Part shown: piece by piece, positions 7,332 to 13,079 of the stretch | Position numbering within the stretch: position 1 is the first letter of the stretch | Layout: every line of letters begins with the position of its first letter | Origin: Candidatus Eiseniibacteriota bacterium | GTDB lineage: Bacteria > Eisenbacteria > RBG-16-71-46 | Reading direction: 5' to 3' | Assembly (NCBI GenBank): GCA_031366795.1 | Contig: JANLOX010000009.1 | Location: 1-13,079, forward strand | DNA: 13,079 nucleotides | Notes under the pieces: generated by a model | Told to the model about the DNA's origin: nothing | Database searches by the model: none | What the model saw: only the letters and a program-made list of their open reading frames with translations | Program-made: the position numbers and the translations under genes

Positions 7332-7485
7332 GTCCCCGGCCGGTTTGTACGGCACGGTTCGCAGCTCGTGAGCGATGCGACCCGAAGCTCGTTCGATCTA
7401 CCGCGAAGCGCGGACGTGCGCGTCGCGCTGCTCGACATCGCCGGCCGCGAAGTCGACGTGCCGGCCCGAGGCGGCTACGAGCCGC
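7329..7485 (+). pseudogene. Orphan, degenerate fragment of a FlgD-Ig/T9SS-type C-terminal domain
   Basis: Translates SVPGRFVRHGSQLVSDATRSSFDLPRSADVRVALLDIAGREVDVPARGGYEP, which resembles ORF-B's FSLPRGGQVRLALFDLAGRSV. The PNP motif has decayed, the WDG/GVY half is absent, and there is no credible start or upstream gene body. Confidence 0.7.
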
Positions 7486-7611
7486 GATCTGATCAGCCGT
7501 CCTGCGCCACCTCGCGCGCATCCGCACCCACGTTTGGGCTGCCGCGCCCAGTTCCTCGCCATCGCCTCACGCACGCCCGCGTAATCGCTTGAATTCCCAT
7601 GCATTCCCGCG

Positions 7612-7627
7612 CGGCCCGGCGATTGCG
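7612..7627 (+). promoter_or_regulatory. Candidate sigma54 (-24/-12) promoter for ORF-B
   Basis: CGGCCCGGCGATTGCG has GG(7613-14)-N10-GC(7625-26) with TTGC, versus consensus TGGCACG-N4-TTGCW. It is about 60 nt upstream of ATG 7685. A chance match is possible in GC-rich DNA. Confidence 0.3.
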
Positions 7628-7684
7628 ATGTGTTCTCAGTGGGACCCGCACCCCCTTGCCGCGTGTCCCACAGAGGGAGTTGGT

Positions 7685-10231
7685 ATGCGTGCGAGGTTGG
7701 GTCGTGTGGTTTCGCGGGTGCGCGGGACTTCCGTCACGGCGTCACCTGAAGCATGGCTGCGCCCGAGCGGCACCCTTGCCCTGCTCGTTCTCGCGACCGC
7801 CGGGACCCTCGCGACCATCGCCAGCCCTGCGCATGCGGCCCCGCAGCACTTTCCCAGCGCGCCGCGGCCAGCATTCCTCGAATCCGTCCCGCCTGCGCCG
7901 CACACCATCTTTGCGCCGGGGGATACCGTCGCCGATTCGCTCCAGAATGATGGCCAGCCCATCGAAGTCGGCATGAAGTTCCGCGCCGAATCCGCTGGTG
8001 TGGTGAGCGGGACGCGCTTCTACAAACAGCCGGGCAATGGCGGTGTGCACGTCGGCCACCTGTGGTCTGCAACCGGCGCGCTGCTCGCGGAAGCGGCCTT
8101 CGACAACGAGACCGCCGCAGGCTGGCAGACCGCGACGTTCGCGATTCCCGTCGCGATCGCGGCGGGTACGACCTGCACGATTTCGTGCTTCAGCGCGGAC
8201 GGGAATTACTCGCAGACCCCGTACTTCTTCACCTCCGCGATTGCGCAGGGGCCGCTCACCGCGCTCGCGAATGACGTAGCGCTGGGCAACGGCGTCTACG
8301 CCTACACGAACTCGCCCGCGTTCCCCGCGCTGAGCTGGGAAGCCTGCAATTATTGGGTGGACGTGCTGTTCTACTCGCCGCAGGCACCGATGGTCCTGCT
8401 GACCGCGCCCCTGGCGGGCGAAACCGCTGCTCCGGTGCCTTTCGACATCAGCGCGCGCATGAGCGCCGCGCTGGATCCCACCTCGCTCAATGCCACCACC
8501 TGCGAACTCCGCGACTCGCGCGGCGCCCGCGTGCCCGCGGGCGTCTCGTTCGATTCGACGGCCCGCACCATCGTGTTGCACCCCATTTCACCGCTGGCCG
8601 TCTCGAGCGTCTACACCGCGCGCCTGCGCGGGGGCTCCAGCGGTTCCGTGATCCGCGGGATCAACAACGTCGCCCTGCCCGATGATTTCAGCTGGTCCTT
8701 CACCACCGCACCCACCGCGCGTCCCGAACCGCGCGGCTGGGTCGCGGGGGACCCGCACGTACACCGCAGTTGCGGCGGTACGCCGGTGAGCTTGGCCACG
8801 ATTCATGGCACCATGGTCGCGCAGGATATTGATATCGTCGCGTTGCTTGCCGATATGGGCAATGGCGAAGTCCAGGGTGCGCAGGCCGATCTGCCGCAGG
8901 TCAACGACTTCGACGCCCCGGTCTCGACGCCGGGCCGCATCGTGCACTGGGATTCCGAATGGCACTGGGACGCCGTGTATTCGCAGTACTCGCACCAAGC
9001 GCTGGGCGGGCACATTCTGGGCTTAAGCTTGAGCGAGGCGCACACCATCTGGGACGAGGCGACCGGGCCGATCATCGCGTGGGCGCACGAACAGGGCGGG
9101 ATCGCCGGCTTCGCGCATCTTCAGTACCTCGACGACGGCATTCCGCAGACGCTGAGCTGCTGCGCGCCGATCGAGTACCCGGTCGAAGTGGCATTGGGTT
9201 CCGCCGACTTCATCTCGGAAGACGTCAACGGCAGCGATACCGCGATCCATCACTGGTACCGCCTGCTCAATTGCGGTTTCCGTCCGGGGTTCGCCGCGGG
9301 TTCCGACTTCCCGTGCGAGTCCTCGATCGGCCGCCTGATCACCTATGCCGAAACGCCTGGAGGCGCCAACGATTACAAGGGTTGGATCAACGCCATCGCC
9401 CACGGCCGCACGGTGATTTCACGCAATGGCCGCAATGAATTCTTGGCGCTGCGGGTCAATGGTTCGGCGACCCCGGGCGATGACGTGGGCCTTTCCGGCG
9501 CAGGCTCCGTGCAGGTCTCGGCGGCCTGGACCTCGCGCCAGTCGCTGTCGCGCACGGTCGAACTGGTGTGCAACGGCGTGGTGGTGGCGAGCAAGTCGTG
9601 CCACGCAGCACCTGGCGCTCCCGACAGCATCACGGCCACGGTGCCGTTCCTGCGCAGCGGCTGGTTGTGCGCGCGCGTGATGGGTCCCGATGGCCACGAG
9701 GTTCACACCGGCGCGGTCTACGTCACGGTGGCCGGCGCTGCGGTGCGGGCGAGTGCGAGTGACGCCCAGTTCTACGTGCAATGGCTCGACCAGCTGATTC
9801 TCAAGACCTCCGCAGGCGGGGAGTGGAATGGTTACTTCGAGACGAGCCTCGAGGCGACGCAGGCCCGCTACCAGGCCGCGCGCGCAGTGTTCCGGCAGAT
9901 CGCGGCCGAGGCGGGTTCGCCACTGGCTGTGGCGCTGCCGGCGTCGGCTCCCGAGGTATTGCGCATGGGGGCGATTCACCCTAATCCCAGCCGCGGCACC
10001 CTCGAGATCCCCTTCAGCCTCCCGCGTGGCGGCCAAGTCCGCCTCGCACTGTTCGACCTCGCGGGCCGGAGCGTGCGCCGCCTGCTGGACCAGCGCGAAG
10101 CCGCCGGTGCGCACCGGGTGACGTGGGATGGCCTGACGGAGGCCGGTCAGCCTTCCAACGCCGGCGTTTACCTCGTGCGCTGCGAGTCAGGCGGGCAGAT
10201 CGAAACACGCAGAATCCAGCTATTGCGCTGA
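7685..10231 (+). CDS. ORF-B: secreted modular protein, 848 aa. Signal peptide + DUF4082 + Big_5-like Ig + PHP-like CehA/McbA-family metallohydrolase + FlgD-Ig/T9SS-type CTD
   Basis: ATG 7685 with RBS GAGGGAG (7673-7679). Arg-rich n-region, then TLALLVLATAGTLATIASPAHA|AP. DUF4082 motifs IEVGMKFR, RFYK, HVGHLWS, GWQ, GNGVYAY, NYWVDVLF. Hydrolase motifs GWVAGDPHVH (from 8735), GGHI, AHEQGGIAGFAH, WYRLLNCGFR...AGSDFP, AIAHGRTVISRNG, RSGWLCARV...HTGAVYV. CTD HPNP...LFDLAGR.VRRL...VTWDG...GVYLVR...RRIQLLR*. Confidence 0.92.
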   Translation: MRARLGRVVSRVRGTSVTASPEAWLRPSGTLALLVLATAGTLATIASPAHAAPQHFPSAPRPAFLESVPPAPHTIFAPGDTVADSLQNDGQPIEVGMKFRAESAGVVSGTRFYKQPGNGGVHVGHLWSATGALLAEAAFDNETAAGWQTATFAIPVAIAAGTTCTISCFSADGNYSQTPYFFTSAIAQGPLTALANDVALGNGVYAYTNSPAFPALSWEACNYWVDVLFYSPQAPMVLLTAPLAGETAAPVPFDISARMSAALDPTSLNATTCELRDSRGARVPAGVSFDSTARTIVLHPISPLAVSSVYTARLRGGSSGSVIRGINNVALPDDFSWSFTTAPTARPEPRGWVAGDPHVHRSCGGTPVSLATIHGTMVAQDIDIVALLADMGNGEVQGAQADLPQVNDFDAPVSTPGRIVHWDSEWHWDAVYSQYSHQALGGHILGLSLSEAHTIWDEATGPIIAWAHEQGGIAGFAHLQYLDDGIPQTLSCCAPIEYPVEVALGSADFISEDVNGSDTAIHHWYRLLNCGFRPGFAAGSDFPCESSIGRLITYAETPGGANDYKGWINAIAHGRTVISRNGRNEFLALRVNGSATPGDDVGLSGAGSVQVSAAWTSRQSLSRTVELVCNGVVVASKSCHAAPGAPDSITATVPFLRSGWLCARVMGPDGHEVHTGAVYVTVAGAAVRASASDAQFYVQWLDQLILKTSAGGEWNGYFETSLEATQARYQAARAVFRQIAAEAGSPLAVALPASAPEVLRMGAIHPNPSRGTLEIPFSLPRGGQVRLALFDLAGRSVRRLLDQREAAGAHRVTWDGLTEAGQPSNAGVYLVRCESGGQIETRRIQLLR

Positions 10232-10636
10232 GCATCGCAATGCCCGAATCGCGGCCAGCTTACCCATCGCGCGGTGGATCCCCCGGGAGTGGGGGGAATG
10301 CTCCAGCGCCTGCGGTTGTCGACCCACTTTTCCAATCGGAGCAAGGCGGGGATTCGATGACTTGGAGCGTTGGCCCGGATTCGCAGCGAAATCGACGATG
10401 CAGCTTGAGTGGTCCCATCGGTCCAACCCCCGGCCCTGGGCCGCCCTGCTGCCCGTAATGCCTTGGACCGCATCGGCTTGGACGAGCCGGTGCGGACCGC
10501 ACGGCGGGCGTTGCAGGTTTCCGCGTGCCAGCCGCCGAAGCGGAATCCGGAGCTTCCGGCCCGCAGGCTGCCGAAACGGAACGGATCATGCGTGAGTCAA
10601 TTGCTGTACGGCTGACGGATTCGGTGCTGTTTGCGA

Positions 10637-10667
10637 TTGACCACGCTGTGAACGAGGAGCATAACTT
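10637..10667 (+). promoter_or_regulatory. Candidate sigma70-type promoter upstream of ORF-C
   Basis: TTGACC (10637-10642), then CATAAC at 17-nt spacing or TAACTT at 19-nt spacing, in a locally AT-richer part of the spacer, about 150 nt before ATG 10819. Confidence 0.25.
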
Positions 10668-10818
10668 GCGCGTCCCGGAACTATTCCTGAACTCCAAGAT
10701 CGCCGGCGAAGCCGCCGCGTCTTCCGGGGCCCAGTCTTTCGGCCACCAGGCTTGCCATTTCCTCGCTCCGGCGGTCGTTTTACCCCTCCACTGCGCTGCA
10801 TCCCTGGGAGACTCAACG

Positions 10819-13079
10819 ATGAGGTGTGATTCGGATCCCTGTGCCCGGCGGCACCGATCTGACTCGATGCATGCACGGTCTTGGCTCAAGGCCGTGGTGC
10901 TCGCGTTTGCGATTCTTCTTGTGGGTGCAAGTCAGGCCGTCGCCCAGAACCCAATCGTCACCGAGAATCAGCTGCCGGGCAACGATTCCTCGGAATGGGA
11001 CGTCACGGGCAAGGGTGATCCCTCGATTCAGGGTTTCGCCACCGCGATCAGTGTGAACAAGGGCGAAACCGTTCGCTTCAAGATCAACTCCGATGCCGCC
11101 AGCTACCACGTCGACCTCTACCGCCTGGGCTACTACGGCGGCCAGGGCGCGCGCCGTGTGGGCTCAGGCGTCGTGACCGCCACGCTGCCGCAGGCGCAGC
11201 CGTCGCCGCTGACCGACGCCGCCACCGGGCTCGTCGATTGCGGCAACTGGTCGGAGTCCGCGCACTGGGACGTTCCGGCGAACGCGGTCTCCGGCATCTA
11301 CCTCGCGCGGCTCGTGCGCGCCGACACGCAGGGTGCGAGCCACATCGTGTTCATCGTGCGCGACGATAGCAGTCACTCGGCATTGTTGTTCAAGACCGCG
11401 GACGCCACGTGGCAGGCCTACAACGTTTACGGCGGCAACAGTCTCTACCTCGGCACTACCAGCTTCCCCGCGGGTCATGCCGCGAAGGTCAGCTACAACC
11501 GCCCGTTCTGGACGCGCAGTGGGGGCGGTGGCAGCACCACGAGCGAGGATTGGCTGTTCAATTCGGAAGTCCCGATGCTGCGCTGGCTCGAGGCCAACGG
11601 CTACGACGTGAGCTACTCGACCGACGTCGACACCGACCGCCGCGGGCTGCTGATCCCGCGCCACAAGGTGTTCATGGCCGTGGGCCACGACGAATACTGG
11701 TCGGCGACCGCGCGCGCGAACGTCACCTCGGCGCGTGATGCCGGCGTGCACCTGGCGTTCTTCGACGGCAACGAGATGTACTGGAAGACGCGCTTCGAAT
11801 CGAGCATCGACGCCTCGGGCGCTTCCTACCGCACGCTGGTCTGCTACAAGGAAGGCACGCTCGGCGAGAATGTCTGCGGCGGCAAGTGCGATCCCATCGT
11901 CAACTCGTGGACCGGCCTGTGGCGCGACGGCTGCGCCTTTACCGGCACCGCCGATGGTTGCCGCCCGGAGAATTCGCTGACCGGCCAGATGAGCTGGGAC
12001 GGCACCGTGGGCGCGATCCAGGTGCCGGACGGCTACCGTCACCTGCGCTTCTGGCGGCACACCAATGTCTCGACGCTCAACACCGGTCAGGTGGCGACGC
12101 TGTCGCCGAATTCGCTGGGTTATGAGTGGGACTACGAGCAGCACCCGGCGAGCCTGCCGGCCGGGCGCATTGAATTGTCGAGCACCACGCTGAACGGCAA
12201 GACCCACCGTCTCTCACTCTACCGTGCGGCCAGCGGTGCGCTGGTGTTTGGCGCCGGTACCGTGCAGTGGTCGTGGGGGCTCGATTCGCATCACGACGGG
12301 CTGGCGAGTGCCACGAGCCCGGCGATCCAGCAGGCGACGCTCAACCTGCTCGCCGACATGGGCGTGCAGCCGGGCTCGATCCAGCCCGGCCTGACCGCGA
12401 CTCCGGGCACGACAGATGTTACGCCGCCGGTCAGCGTCATCACTTCGCCGATCAACGGCTCCTCGATCACCAAGGGCTTGCCGATCTCGGTCTCAGGGCA
12501 AGCGACGGACGCCGATGGGGCAGTGGCGGGTGTCGAAGTCTCGATCGACGGCGGCGCCACGTGGCACCGCGCGACGGGGGCCGCGAGCTGGAGCTACGAC
12601 TGGACGCCGACTGCGAACGGTGTCGTGACGATCAAGTCGCGCGCCTTCGATGACAGCGGCAACATGGAATCGACGACGCAGTCCTCGCGGCCCAACGTCG
12701 TCACCAACGAAGTGATGCAGCCAAAGTCGCTCACCGACGGCCCGGGCGGACCGATCCTGGTGGTCACCACGGCGGCGAACCCGTTCAGCCAGTACTATGC
12801 CGAGATCCTGCGCGCCGAGGGCTTCAATGCCTTCACCACCATGGACCTCTCGCTGGTCGACGCGACGGCGCTCAACAACTACGACGTCGTGATCCTCGGC
12901 GAGATGAGCCTGAGTGCTTCGCAAGTCACGCTGCTCGGCAGTTGGACCAACGCGGGTGGTGTGCTGATCGCGATGAAGCCGGACGGTCAGCTCGCGAGCC
13001 TGCTGGGCCTGGCACCGGCCGGCGGCACGCTGGCAAACGCTTACATGCTGGTCAACACCGTGTCGGGACCGGGTGTCGG
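10819..13079 (+). CDS. ORF-C, 3'-partial: secreted paralog of ORF-A. Signal peptide + DMFase large-subunit-like (DUF6605) domain + Ig + GATase1-like domain, continuing beyond the window
   Basis: Absent from the ORF track because no stop falls in the window. Frame 1 translated by hand: ATG 10819 (RBS GGGAG 10806-10810) or ATG 10867, MHARSWLKAVVLAFAILLVGASQAVA|QNPIVTENQLPG...IQGFATAISVNKGETVRFKI...YRLGYYGGQGARR...VSGIYLARL...HIVFIVRDD...TWQAYNVYGGNSLY...GHDEYW...GYEWD...TDGPGGPILVV...YYAEILRAEG. No stop to the window end. Confidence 0.93.
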   Translation, partial: MRCDSDPCARRHRSDSMHARSWLKAVVLAFAILLVGASQAVAQNPIVTENQLPGNDSSEWDVTGKGDPSIQGFATAISVNKGETVRFKINSDAASYHVDLYRLGYYGGQGARRVGSGVVTATLPQAQPSPLTDAATGLVDCGNWSESAHWDVPANAVSGIYLARLVRADTQGASHIVFIVRDDSSHSALLFKTADATWQAYNVYGGNSLYLGTTSFPAGHAAKVSYNRPFWTRSGGGGSTTSEDWLFNSEVPMLRWLEANGYDVSYSTDVDTDRRGLLIPRHKVFMAVGHDEYWSATARANVTSARDAGVHLAFFDGNEMYWKTRFESSIDASGASYRTLVCYKEGTLGENVCGGKCDPIVNSWTGLWRDGCAFTGTADGCRPENSLTGQMSWDGTVGAIQVPDGYRHLRFWRHTNVSTLNTGQVATLSPNSLGYEWDYEQHPASLPAGRIELSSTTLNGKTHRLSLYRAASGALVFGAGTVQWSWGLDSHHDGLASATSPAIQQATLNLLADMGVQPGSIQPGLTATPGTTDVTPPVSVITSPINGSSITKGLPISVSGQATDADGAVAGVEVSIDGGATWHRATGAASWSYDWTPTANGVVTIKSRAFDDSGNMESTTQSSRPNVVTNEVMQPKSLTDGPGGPILVVTTAANPFSQYYAEILRAEGFNAFTTMDLSLVDATALNNYDVVILGEMSLSASQVTLLGSWTNAGGVLIAMKPDGQLASLLGLAPAGGTLANAYMLVNTVSGPGV

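Noticed and set aside
7309..7400. Integron attC site after hepT (TAAC...GTT)
   Set aside because: GAGTAAC does not fit RYYYAAC, no complementary R' or L boxes were found, and there is no integrase or second cassette.
7589..7684. Track start 7589 for ORF-B (and 6643 for mntA, 6938 for hepT)
   Set aside because: The downstream starts 7685, 6685 and 6965 have clear RBSs and family-typical N-termini.
10279..10297. Rho-independent terminator after ORF-B
   Set aside because: The stem is short and has no downstream U-tract.
10480..10580. c-di-GMP-I (GEMM) riboswitch, suggested by GCCAGCCGCCGAA and GGCTGCCGAA
   Set aside because: The upstream GGCAAA, GNRA tetraloop and GACGCAAAGC elements are absent.
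10260..10889. 209-aa minus-strand ORF in the spacer
   Set aside because: No recognisable domain, atypical composition, and it overlaps the ORF-C signal-peptide region.
2..13079. Diversity-generating retroelement or CRISPR array as the source of the repeats
   Set aside because: No reverse transcriptase, no template/variable pair with adenine-only differences and no regularly spaced repeats. The repeats are paralogous coding sequence.

Overview
GC-rich bacterial window with all credible genes on the + strand. It holds three large, modular, probably secreted proteins and a small toxin-antitoxin pair. ORF-A (<2..6523, start upstream of the window) has this order: N,N-dimethylformamidase large-subunit-like (DUF6605-type) domain, Ig, DUF4082, Ig (Big_5-like), class I glutamine-amidotransferase-like Rossmann domain, CE4/NodB-like deacylase barrel, Fn3-like domain, non-catalytic ConA/GH16-like jelly roll, dockerin-like pair, cohesin-like domain, FlgD-Ig/T9SS-type C-terminal domain (CTD). 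Next is an MNT-HEPN type VII toxin-antitoxin pair (mntA 6685..6975, hepT 6965..7315), flanked by a 9-bp direct repeat and followed by a decayed CTD gene fragment. ORF-B (7685..10231) has a signal peptide, DUF4082, Ig, a PHP-like CehA/McbA-family metallohydrolase and a CTD. ORF-C (10819..>13079, missing from the supplied ORF track) is a signal-peptide-bearing paralog of ORF-A that lacks the DUF4082+Ig block. High GC, CTDs ending RR(V/I)QLLR and a dockerin-cohesin tail suggest an FCB-superphylum organism such as Candidatus Eisenbacteria (inference). The main candidate novelty is a cluster of exported proteins carrying three unrelated C-N bond hydrolase folds with putative glycan-binding and cohesin/dockerin modules, possibly an extracellular de-N-acylation complex. 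Domain calls come from motif recognition by eye; no searches were run.
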